Origin: Candidatus Limnocylindrales bacterium
Lineage (GTDB): Bacteria; Chloroflexota; Limnocylindria; Limnocylindrales; CSP1-4
Reading direction: 5' to 3'
NCBI GenBank assembly: GCA_035699725.1
Contig: DASSPG010000218.1
Location: forward strand, 1 to 60,840
Length of the DNA: 60,840 nucleotides
Shown: positions 46,739 to 54,783 of the stretch, piece by piece
Numbering within the stretch: the first letter of the stretch is position 1
Layout: each line of letters begins with the position of its first letter
The notes under the pieces: model-generated
Told to the model about the DNA's origin: nothing
Seen by the model: the letters and a program-made list of their open reading frames with translations, nothing else
Databases searched by the model: none
Program-made: the position numbers and the translations under genes

Positions 46739-47218
46739 ATGGAGACGCGGAGCATCGTTGATGCGCTCGCCGAGTCACCCGTGACCCGTGACATGGGACG
46801 AGCCGAACGACGCCGTCTCGCGGCCCTCGCGGCGATCACGAACGCGGCCACCGGAGACGTCCTGCTTCGGGAGGGCACCGAGACGTCGCACCTCGGGATC
46901 GTTCTCAGTGGGCGAGTGGCACTCCGCCTCAACGTCCTTGGGCGCGGCCCGATCACGATCCTGACCGTCGAGCCCGGCGACCTGTTCGGTTGGTCGGCGG
47001 TCGTGCCGCCGTATCGCTCGACGTCGACGGCCGTGGCCATCGTCCCGACCGAGGCGATCACGTTCGAGGCCGGTCCGCTTCGGGAGGCCCTCGCCGCCGA
47101 CGATGATCTGGCCGCCGCCCTGAACCCACGTCTCATGCAGGCCCTCGCCCGGCGTCTGAGCGCGACCCGCGACCAGCTCCTCGACCTGTTCGGGCGGGCC
47201 GAGGGGCAGGCATGGTGA
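46739..47218 (+). CDS. stand-alone cyclic-nucleotide-binding (cNMP) domain protein, no DNA-binding domain
   Basis: GDVLLREGTETSHLGIVLSGRVALRL, then EPGDLFGWSAVV and RSTSTAVAIVPTEAITF (phosphate-binding-cassette-like). Only 159 aa. Its stop overlaps the next gene start (ATGGTGA). Confidence 0.75.
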   Translation: METRSIVDALAESPVTRDMGRAERRRLAALAAITNAATGDVLLREGTETSHLGIVLSGRVALRLNVLGRGPITILTVEPGDLFGWSAVVPPYRSTSTAVAIVPTEAITFEAGPLREALAADDDLAAALNPRLMQALARRLSATRDQLLDLFGRAEGQAW

Positions 47219-49194
47219 CGGCTGGGCAGATCGCGCCGGCCGGTTCGGGCTTCCTGCCTCGAGCCGGCCTCGACGCGCTCATTGCGCTCCTCGAGGATGA
47301 CGGCCGGCGGGTGATCGGCCCCACGATCGCGGACGGCGCGATCGTGTACGACGAGATCCACGCCGCCACGGACCTGCCGCTGGGCTACGGCGACGAGCAG
47401 GCACCCGGTCGCTACCGGCTCCACGATACGGGCGGGGAGCGGGCGTTCGGCTACGCCGTCGGACCGACGAGCTGGAAGGCGTGGACGTTCCCGGCCCGGG
47501 TGCCGATCGGCACCGCCGAGCGCGATCAGGACGGGCACCTGCGCTTCGCGCCCGTCGTGGCCGATCCGCCTCCGGTCGCGTTTCTCGGCGTCCGCGGCTG
47601 CGAGCTCGCGGCGCTGCGGATCCAGGACCGCGTCCTGGCCGAGGGCCCCGCCGTCGACCCGGACTTCGTCGCGCGTCGCCGATCCGCGCTGATCATCGCG
47701 GTCGAGTGCACCGTGGCCGCTTCGACCTGCTTCTGCACCTCGATGCGGACCGGCCCCGAGATCGCCGACGACGCCGCGGATCTCGTGCTCACCGAGATCG
47801 CGGAGGGGTTCCTGGTCCGGGCCGGGACCGACGCCGGGAGGACCGTCGCGGAGCGCCTGCCGCTGGTCGCCGCCGGCGACGAGCAGACGTCACGCGGGCG
47901 GGCCGCGGTGGCGGCCGTTCGCGAGGCCATCGGGGATCCGGTCGCGCTCGACGGGCTCGCCGGCCGGCTCGCCGATCGGCTGGACGACCCGAAGTGGGCC
48001 GAGATCGCCGAGCGCTGCCTCGCGTGCGCGAACTGCACGCTCGTCTGCCCCACCTGCTTCTGCACCTCGGTGGGGCAGCGCTCCGACCTCGACGGGCGGG
48101 CGTCCGTGACCGAGCGAACCTGGGACTCCTGCTTCTCGGGCGACTTCGCGAAGGTCGCCGGGGGGACGTTCCGGGGACGCCGCGAGGACCGCTACCGGCA
48201 ATGGCTGACGCACAAGTTCTCGACCTGGGTCGACCAGTTCGGGACGTCCGGGTGCGTCGGCTGCGGCCGCTGCATCGCGTGGTGCCCGGTCGGGATCGAC
48301 GTCCGTGCAGAGCTCGCAGCGATCGCCCCGCCGCCGACCCGCCGGAGCATCCGGAGCGCGCCGGTGGCGGCCGGCGGCCCGGGTGAGTTCATCACGGCGC
48401 GGATCGACAGCCTGCATCCCGAGACCCCGGACACGACGACACTGGTCCTTGCCGATGTCCATCCCGCGATCGCGGAGGGCGCACCGGGGCAGTTCGTCAT
48501 GGTCACCCGGCCGGGCCTGCCGGCCGTGCCGATCTCGATCTCGCGCTACCACCCGGCCGCCGCCTCGATCGAGCTATCGATCCGGGCGGCCGGTCCGGCG
48601 ACCGCGACGATCTCGGGGCTCGCCGCGGGCGACGAGGTCGGCCTGCGCGGACCGCTGGGCCGCGGGTGGCCGATCGATCAGGCCGACGGACGTGACGTCA
48701 TCGTCGTGTCCGGCGGGATCGGGCTCTCGCCGGTTCGACCCCTGGTCGACGCGCTCCTCGACGAGCGTGACCGGTATGGCGTCATCCGGATCTTCCACGG
48801 CGCGCGGACACCGGCCGATCGACCCCACGCCGACGATCTCGCGACGTGGGCCGACCGACCCGATGTCGAGCTGGCCACGACCGTCGACCGCGCCGACGAG
48901 GCCTGGCCGGGAGCGGTCGGCGTGGTCACCCACCTGTTCGACCAGGCGCGCTGGGCGGGTCGTGAGGCGATCGCGTTCGTGTGCGGACCCGAACGGATGA
49001 TGCAGGCGACCGCCGCCGTGCTCCTGGATCGGGGGCTCCGGCCGGAGCGGGTCTTCGTGTCGCTCGAGCGGCACATGGACTGCGGGATCGGGCTGTGCGG
49101 CCACTGTCAGATGGGCAAGGCGTTCGTGTGCCGCGACGGGCCGGTGTTCTCGCTGGCCGAGCTCGGCTCGAACTTCGGACGGGAGGGCGTGTGA
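47212..49194 (+). CDS. fused hydrogenase diaphorase subunits: AsrA/HydB-like 4Fe-4S protein plus PyrK/HydG-like FAD/NAD(P) and [2Fe-2S] protein
   Basis: The N-terminal half carries CLACANCTLVCPTCFCTS and GCVGCGRCIAWCPVGID. The C-terminal half carries FITARIDSLHPETPD (FAD barrel), VVSGGIGLSPVRPL (NAD) and CGIGLCGHCQMG. It is a single uninterrupted frame of 660 aa. Confidence 0.82.
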   Translation: MVTAGQIAPAGSGFLPRAGLDALIALLEDDGRRVIGPTIADGAIVYDEIHAATDLPLGYGDEQAPGRYRLHDTGGERAFGYAVGPTSWKAWTFPARVPIGTAERDQDGHLRFAPVVADPPPVAFLGVRGCELAALRIQDRVLAEGPAVDPDFVARRRSALIIAVECTVAASTCFCTSMRTGPEIADDAADLVLTEIAEGFLVRAGTDAGRTVAERLPLVAAGDEQTSRGRAAVAAVREAIGDPVALDGLAGRLADRLDDPKWAEIAERCLACANCTLVCPTCFCTSVGQRSDLDGRASVTERTWDSCFSGDFAKVAGGTFRGRREDRYRQWLTHKFSTWVDQFGTSGCVGCGRCIAWCPVGIDVRAELAAIAPPPTRRSIRSAPVAAGGPGEFITARIDSLHPETPDTTTLVLADVHPAIAEGAPGQFVMVTRPGLPAVPISISRYHPAAASIELSIRAAGPATATISGLAAGDEVGLRGPLGRGWPIDQADGRDVIVVSGGIGLSPVRPLVDALLDERDRYGVIRIFHGARTPADRPHADDLATWADRPDVELATTVDRADEAWPGAVGVVTHLFDQARWAGREAIAFVCGPERMMQATAAVLLDRGLRPERVFVSLERHMDCGIGLCGHCQMGKAFVCRDGPVFSLAELGSNFGREGV

Positions 49195-50012
49195 TGGTCA
49201 CGCCCGGGACGCGGCCGACGGTCGGCGTGGTCAAGCTCACCTCGTGCGACGGCTGCCAGCTCACCCTCCTCGACCTGGAGGAGGAGCTCCTCGCGATCGC
49301 CGACCGGTTCGACCTGGTCGACTTCCCGGAGGCGAGCTCGAGCCGCTCGGCCGGGCCCTACGACCTCCTCCTCGTCGAGGGCTCGATCAGCGACCCGCAG
49401 CAGCTCGAGCGCATCGTCGAGCTGCGGGCCCGGACGACGACGCTGGTCGCGATCGGCGCGTGCGCCACGTCGGGCGGCATCCAGGCCCTCCGAAACTGGG
49501 GCGAGGTCGGCGACTGGTCGGCCGCGGTGTATCCGCAACCGGAGCTGCTGGCCGTCCTGGACCGCGTGACACCGGTCGGCGACCACGTGCAGGTGGACGC
49601 CGAACTGCGTGGCTGCCCGATCTCGCCGACCCAGCTCCGCGAGTTCCTCGCCGCGCTCCTCGTCGGGCGACGGCCGCGCCTGCCGGACGAGGCGGTCTGC
49701 CTCGAGTGCAAGCGGCGCGGGATCCCGTGCCTCCTCGTGACCGGCGACGGGACGTGCCTCGGACCGGTCACGCGGACCGGCTGCGGTGCGATCTGCCCGA
49801 GCTTCGGACGTGGCTGCTACGGCTGCTTCGGCCCGCGCGAGCAGCCGAACGTGGCCTCCCTGGCGAGCCGCTTCGTCGCGGGCGGCCTCGGCCCAGATGA
49901 GGCAGGAAGGCGGTTCGGGTTCTTCACGCCACTCGCCGAGCCGTTCCGTGCCGCGATCCCCGACAGCCCCGTCCGACCCCCGGAGGAGGCGCCCCATGCA
50001 CGGAACGCATGA
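49194..50012 (+). CDS. [NiFe]-hydrogenase small subunit (group 3 type, NuoB-like)
   Basis: VVKLTSCDGCQLTLLD, VAIGACATSGGIQ, LRGCPIS and the C-terminal Cys cluster CLECKRRGIPC...GCGAICP...GCYGC. The ATG overlaps the upstream TGA by 1 nt. Confidence 0.85.
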   Translation: MVTPGTRPTVGVVKLTSCDGCQLTLLDLEEELLAIADRFDLVDFPEASSSRSAGPYDLLLVEGSISDPQQLERIVELRARTTTLVAIGACATSGGIQALRNWGEVGDWSAAVYPQPELLAVLDRVTPVGDHVQVDAELRGCPISPTQLREFLAALLVGRRPRLPDEAVCLECKRRGIPCLLVTGDGTCLGPVTRTGCGAICPSFGRGCYGCFGPREQPNVASLASRFVAGGLGPDEAGRRFGFFTPLAEPFRAAIPDSPVRPPEEAPHARNA

Positions 50013-51345
50013 GCGGCCTCGCGGCGGCGACATCGGCGGCGGCGTCCCCGGCGAGATCCTCTTCGCCGTCGACGAGCTGACCCGGGTCGAAGGCGAGGGC
50101 AGTCTCCGGATCCGGGTGCGAGACGGCGAGGTGGTCGACGCCCGCCTGAGGATCTTCGAGGCGCCCCGGTTCTTCGAGCGGCTCGTCGTCGGGCGGACGC
50201 CGGACGAGGTCCTCGACATCGTGGCGCGGATCTGCGGCATCTGCCCGATCGCCTACCAGCTCACCGCGGTCCACGCGTTCGAATCCCTGTTCGAGGTCGC
50301 GGTCGACCCGGCGGTCCGGCTCCTGCGGCGCCTCCTCTACTGCGGCGAGTGGATCGAGAGCCACGCCCTTCACGTCTACCTGCTCCACGCCCCGGACTTC
50401 CTCGGCCTCCCGAGCGCGATCGAGCTGGCCCGCCTCGACCGGGCGATCGTCGAGCGTGGCCTCCGGCTCAAGCGGATCGGCAACGACATCCTGCGGATCG
50501 TGGGTGGCCGCCCGATCCACCCGGTCAGCCTCCGCGTTGGCGGCCTGTACCGGGCGCCGCGGCGGGCGGAGCTGGCGGGCCTGCGGGCCGACCTGGACGA
50601 GGCCGTCGAGCTGGCCGAGGCGACCGTCCGGCTGGTCGCGACCTTCGAGCCTCCTGACTTCGCGGCGCGACGCCTGCTCGTGAGCCTGCGCCACCCGGTC
50701 GACTACCCGATGAACGAGGGTCGGATCGTCTCGAGCGACGGGCTGGACCTGGCCGTGCCGGACTGGGAGCGAGCCTTCCGCGAGGAGCAGGTCGAGGGGA
50801 CGACGGCGCTCCACGCCCGGACCACCGGCGGCGAGGCCTACCTCCTGGGCCCGACGGCACGGGTCGCCCTGGCCGGAGATCGCCTCCACCCGCGCGCCCG
50901 CGCGGCGCTCGATGCCACGGGCCAGGAAGTGGAGCTCGCGACGAACGTCTTCCGGAGCATCCTCGCCCGCGCAGTGGAGCTGGTGCACGCCACCGCCGAG
51001 GCCCGTGACCTGGTCGACGCCTACGTCCCCCCCGATCGTGCCTCCGTCCCGTGGACTCCCTCCGCGGGCAGCGCAGCGTGGGCCACCGAGGCCCCCCGCG
51101 GCCTCCTCTTCCACCGCTACGACGTCGACGCGACCGGGATCGTCCGGTTCGCCCGGATCGTCCCGCCGACCTCGCAGAACCAGGCCGCGATCGAGGCCGA
51201 CCTGGCGCGCTTCGCTCCGACGGTCCTCGCCCTCCCGCATGCCGAGGCGACGCGCCGCTTCGAGCAGTTGATCCGGAGCTATGACCCATGCATCTCCTGT
51301 GCGGCCCACTTCCTCCAGCTCGACATCGACGGGGGATCCTCATGA
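49996..51345 (+). CDS. [NiFe]-hydrogenase large subunit (group 3b-like)
   Basis: GGAGGAGG lies upstream. The N-terminal Ni-Fe motif is RICGICP. The C-terminal motif is DPCISCAAH, followed by an 11-residue tail (FLQLDIDGGSS) of the kind removed by the maturation protease. Confidence 0.9.
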   Translation: MHGTHERPRGGDIGGGVPGEILFAVDELTRVEGEGSLRIRVRDGEVVDARLRIFEAPRFFERLVVGRTPDEVLDIVARICGICPIAYQLTAVHAFESLFEVAVDPAVRLLRRLLYCGEWIESHALHVYLLHAPDFLGLPSAIELARLDRAIVERGLRLKRIGNDILRIVGGRPIHPVSLRVGGLYRAPRRAELAGLRADLDEAVELAEATVRLVATFEPPDFAARRLLVSLRHPVDYPMNEGRIVSSDGLDLAVPDWERAFREEQVEGTTALHARTTGGEAYLLGPTARVALAGDRLHPRARAALDATGQEVELATNVFRSILARAVELVHATAEARDLVDAYVPPDRASVPWTPSAGSAAWATEAPRGLLFHRYDVDATGIVRFARIVPPTSQNQAAIEADLARFAPTVLALPHAEATRRFEQLIRSYDPCISCAAHFLQLDIDGGSS

Positions 51346-51815
51346 CCGAGGCCTGGACCGTGCTGGTCTGCGGCGATCCTGCCCGCGGCGACGACGGCGC
51401 GGCGCTCGCGGCCGTCGAGCGCCTGCCGCGCCGCATCCCGGCCAGCATCCAGGTCCGGGCATGCGGCCAGCTCGAGCCCGATGAGCTCGTCGCGGCCCTC
51501 CTCAGCGGACCGTGCCTGGTCCTCGACACCGTCCACGGCGTCGAGCCCGGCAGCCTCGTGGAGCTGCCGCTCGCGCGCCTCCTGTCCGGCGACGGACCCA
51601 TCCCCGCGTCGTCGCACGCGCTGCCGATGCCGATCATCGTCGGCCTCGCCGAAGCGCTGGGGGCGCCGCTCGGCCGCGGCTCGTTCCTGGGCATCGGGGG
51701 CGCTTCGTTCGGGCTCGGCCAGCCGCTGAGCCCGGCCGTCGAGGCGGGCCTGACGGCCTACGCCCAGGCGATCGTGGACCACCTGCCGCGGATCCGGCGC
51801 GCGCGATGTGCCTGA
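51342..51815 (+). CDS. hydrogenase maturation endopeptidase (HycI/HoxW-like)
   Basis: ATGA overlap with the large subunit. VLVCGDPARGDDGAALAAVERL, LVLDTVHG and ASSHALP. Confidence 0.75.
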   Translation: MTEAWTVLVCGDPARGDDGAALAAVERLPRRIPASIQVRACGQLEPDELVAALLSGPCLVLDTVHGVEPGSLVELPLARLLSGDGPIPASSHALPMPIIVGLAEALGAPLGRGSFLGIGGASFGLGQPLSPAVEAGLTAYAQAIVDHLPRIRRARCA

Positions 51816-52024
51816 CCGAGGCGGTCCGGGTGATCGAGGCGCTGCCCGAGGAGGCGGTCGTCGACCGCGGCGGCCGCGTGCTGACGTTCCCGAACCTGCT
51901 CGCACCGGACGTGCGTCCGGGCGACTGGGTCCTCGTCGGACTGGGGTTGGTCCTCGCCCGGCTCAGCCCGCAGGAGGCGGCCGAGCTGACGCAGCCGGCG
52001 AGCGAGCCCTCCTGCCCCGAGTGA
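51806..52024 (+). CDS. hypC: hydrogenase assembly chaperone HypC/HupF family
   Basis: N-terminal MCL (the essential Cys2). About 72 aa. GDWVLVGLGLVLARLSPQEA matches the HypC pattern GD-x-VLVH-x-G-x-A. Confidence 0.75.
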   Translation: MCLTEAVRVIEALPEEAVVDRGGRVLTFPNLLAPDVRPGDWVLVGLGLVLARLSPQEAAELTQPASEPSCPE

Positions 52025-52063
52025 GCGCCCGCCCAGCGTGAGCGCCCCCCGCCCCCGGCGTTG

Positions 52064-53533
52064 TCAGATACCGGCCGGCGCCGGCTCGATGTTCTGATTG
52101 CGCCGGAACAGGTTCGTCGGGTCGTACCGGCCCTTGATCGCGCGGAGGCGTTCCCAGGTCGGTCCGGGGTAGGCCGCGCGAACGCGCTCCGGTCCCTCGT
52201 CGCTCAGGAAGTTGACGTACGCGCCGCCATCCCCCTGTCGGAGCGCGGTCGTGAGGTCGTCGGTCCAGGCCACGTGGGACGGAAGCTCCTCGCGGCTCCC
52301 GACCACGGTGGCAACGATGAGCATGATCCGGCTGGACCGGTGGGCGAACGCGGTGGCATCGGCAGGGACGCGGGCCATCGCTCCGCCGAGGACGCGGAGC
52401 TGGGCGGCGACCATCAGCGCGCCGGACGACCGCTGGTGTTCCGCGACGCGGTCCACGATCGTGGCGGCGACGGTCCGGTCCACGTGGTCGAGGAACATCG
52501 TTCGCAGGGCGTAGGCCCCGCCGCCCGCCTGCTCGTCGGCCGGGCCAGCCGGATCGCTTGCGGGGCCCGTCGGCTCGGCCGCCGGGCCCTCCTCCGCCTC
52601 GCCCGTCGGCGGGAACATCTCGGCGTAGCGCATCGGCCCGAGGACATCGCCGAGCGGGGTGGCAAGCGCCCGGAACGGCGCCATCGCGGCGTCGCCCGCC
52701 GCCGGATCGCCGGAGTGCACGACCTGCGCGAAGATCACGAGCGAACCGTGATGCTCCTCGGCGACGAACGGCAGGGGCGGACACGGCATCACGTTGGCGA
52801 TCGTCGAGACATCCTCGGGCGCGGCGTCGGCGGCGGCGATGAAGCCGGCGACCGTGTCCGCGGTGGCCGGCAGGACGAGCATCCCGCCGACGATCGAGGG
52901 CAACTCCAGCAGCCGGAACCGGAACCGGGTCACGACCCCGAAGTTGCCGCCGCCGCCGCGGATCGCCCAGAACAGGTCCGGCTCATGCTCGGCGTCGGTC
53001 CGGACCAGGCGTCCGTCGGCCAGGACGACGTCGGCCGCCAGGAGGTTGTCGATCGTGAGTCCGGCCTTGCGGACGAGGAAGCCGATCCCGCCGCCGACGG
53101 TGATCCCGCCGATGCCGACCGAGCCGGTATCGCCGAACCCGACCGCCAGCCCGTGCTCGGACAGCGCCGCGGTGAGATCGCCGGCCGTCATGCCGCTGCC
53201 GACCCACACGGAGCGTCCGGCAACGTCGAGCTCGAGGTCCTTGAGGCCGGCGACGTCGAGGAGGATCCCGCCCTCGGTCGAGCCGTGGCCGGCACTGCTG
53301 TGGCCGCCGCTCCGGACGGCCAGCTCCAGGCCGGTCTCGCGGGCAAGGTTCACGGTGGCGACCACATCGCTCGCGTTCGCGGCGCGGACGATGATCGCCG
53401 GATGCAGGTCGTCGCCGGATGCGACCGCGCGCGAGGTGTCGTAGTCGGCGCCATCGGGATCGATCACGGTGCCGCCGAGGCGCGCGCGGAGCGCATCGAG
53501 GTCGAGACGGACGGACGGGGACGGGACGGCCAT
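52064..53533 (-). CDS. FAD-linked oxidase, BBE/vanillyl-alcohol-oxidase family
   Basis: GAGGAGG lies upstream. AVRSGGHSSAGH (covalent-FAD His context), FWAIRGGGGNFGVVT and the C-terminal BBE-like YVNFLSDEG...IKGRYDPTNLFRRNQNI. The track ORF is over-extended to 54271. Confidence 0.85.
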   Translation of the reverse strand: MAVPSPSVRLDLDALRARLGGTVIDPDGADYDTSRAVASGDDLHPAIIVRAANASDVVATVNLARETGLELAVRSGGHSSAGHGSTEGGILLDVAGLKDLELDVAGRSVWVGSGMTAGDLTAALSEHGLAVGFGDTGSVGIGGITVGGGIGFLVRKAGLTIDNLLAADVVLADGRLVRTDAEHEPDLFWAIRGGGGNFGVVTRFRFRLLELPSIVGGMLVLPATADTVAGFIAAADAAPEDVSTIANVMPCPPLPFVAEEHHGSLVIFAQVVHSGDPAAGDAAMAPFRALATPLGDVLGPMRYAEMFPPTGEAEEGPAAEPTGPASDPAGPADEQAGGGAYALRTMFLDHVDRTVAATIVDRVAEHQRSSGALMVAAQLRVLGGAMARVPADATAFAHRSSRIMLIVATVVGSREELPSHVAWTDDLTTALRQGDGGAYVNFLSDEGPERVRAAYPGPTWERLRAIKGRYDPTNLFRRNQNIEPAPAGI

Positions 53534-53800
53534 CTGGGTTCCTCCTCGACACCAGTCTGACGTCTCCGGGCGGGCGCGGGGGCGCGGCGCGGACGTCGCG
53601 ACCGTCCGACCCCACGGCGGCGTGGCCCGGTCCGCGACGTGGCACCCGCAACTCGGCCGAGCCGATGCGCCGCCCGGCACGGCCCTGCTCCGATCGAGAC
53701 CCGCAGGGGCGCGCCAACCCGTCGGCGCCGGCGGGCTGCAGCGTGGGCGCGGAAGGGGGACCATGGGCCGGACGAGCCACGCCGTCCGCCGGAGGCACCG

Positions 53801-54307
53801 ATGAGCTACCCCGATCCCAGCGATCTCGGCGACACCGGCGAGGTCAGCGCGACCTATCGCCCCGCCGGCCAGGCCCCCGATGTCGTCTACGCCAACGGCG
53901 CCAGCGCCCACTACCTCGCCACCGCCGCCTCGACCGGTGGCCTGTTCGGGTTGTACCGATGGGAGATGGGACCCGAGCCGTCCGGACCCGGCCGCCACTT
54001 CCATCGCACGATCACCGAGTCGTTCTACGTCCTCGCCGGACGCGTCCGGATCCACGACGGCCGCGAGTGGCGCGAGACGGGACCCGGTGATTTCGTGCAT
54101 GTCCCGATCGGCGGGATCCACGGCTTCCGGAACGAGTCCGGCGAGCCCGCCGCGATGCTCATCCATTTCGCGCCCGGCGTTCCGCGCGAGGGCTACTTCG
54201 AGGGTCTCGCGGAGTGGCTCCGCAGCGGCCGGCCGAGCGAGGAGGAGGCAGCCGCGTTCTACCTCCGCCACGACAACATCTGGCTGCCCGAGGAGCCTGA
54301 CCGATGA
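53801..54307 (+). CDS. cupin-domain protein
   Basis: GGAGG lies upstream. The cupin motifs are GRHFHRTITESFYVLAG and GDFVHVPIGGIHGFRN. Confidence 0.75.
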   Translation: MSYPDPSDLGDTGEVSATYRPAGQAPDVVYANGASAHYLATAASTGGLFGLYRWEMGPEPSGPGRHFHRTITESFYVLAGRVRIHDGREWRETGPGDFVHVPIGGIHGFRNESGEPAAMLIHFAPGVPREGYFEGLAEWLRSGRPSEEEAAAFYLRHDNIWLPEEPDR

Positions 54308-54753
54308 GGATCCGTGTCCTGCTCGAACAGACCGGCACGACCGCCGTCGGGTTCGCGGTCCCCGACGACGTGGTCATCGCCCTCGGCAGAGGCCGGCGTC
54401 CGCCGGTCCGGGTCACGATCAACGGCTACACCTACCGCAACACCGTTGCCGTGATGGGCGGGCGCAACCTGATCGGCGTCAGCGCCGCGCACCGGGCCGC
54501 GGCGGGCGTCGCGGGCGGCCAGACGGTGGACGTGGACCTGGATCTCGACACGGAGCCGCGGGTCGTCTCCCTGCCCCCGGACTTCGCCGCGGCGCTCGGC
54601 CGGGAGCCGGCCGCCCGTCGGACGTTCGATGCGCTCTCCCCGAGCAACCAGGGTTGGCACGTGTCCTCGATCGAGGGCGCCAGGACCGAGGAGACGCGGC
54701 TGCGCCGGATCGAGAAGTCCGTCGCCGCGCTGCGCGAGGGTCGCCCGCGCTGA
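54304..54753 (+). CDS. DUF1905 plus YdeI/OmpD-associated domain protein
   Basis: ATGA overlap with the cupin gene. RPPVRVTINGYTYRNTVAVMGG (DUF1905 pattern) and SIEGARTEETRLRRIEKSVAAL (YdeI pattern). Confidence 0.7.
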   Translation: MRIRVLLEQTGTTAVGFAVPDDVVIALGRGRRPPVRVTINGYTYRNTVAVMGGRNLIGVSAAHRAAAGVAGGQTVDVDLDLDTEPRVVSLPPDFAAALGREPAARRTFDALSPSNQGWHVSSIEGARTEETRLRRIEKSVAALREGRPR

Positions 54754-54783
54754 GACCGGCCGAGGTGCGGTGGGCGGCGGCCC

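Noticed and set aside
49996-51345. Selenocysteine-containing ([NiFeSe]) large subunit or recoding event.
   Set aside because: The C-terminal motif reads DPCISCAAH with ordinary Cys codons and there is no in-frame TGA.
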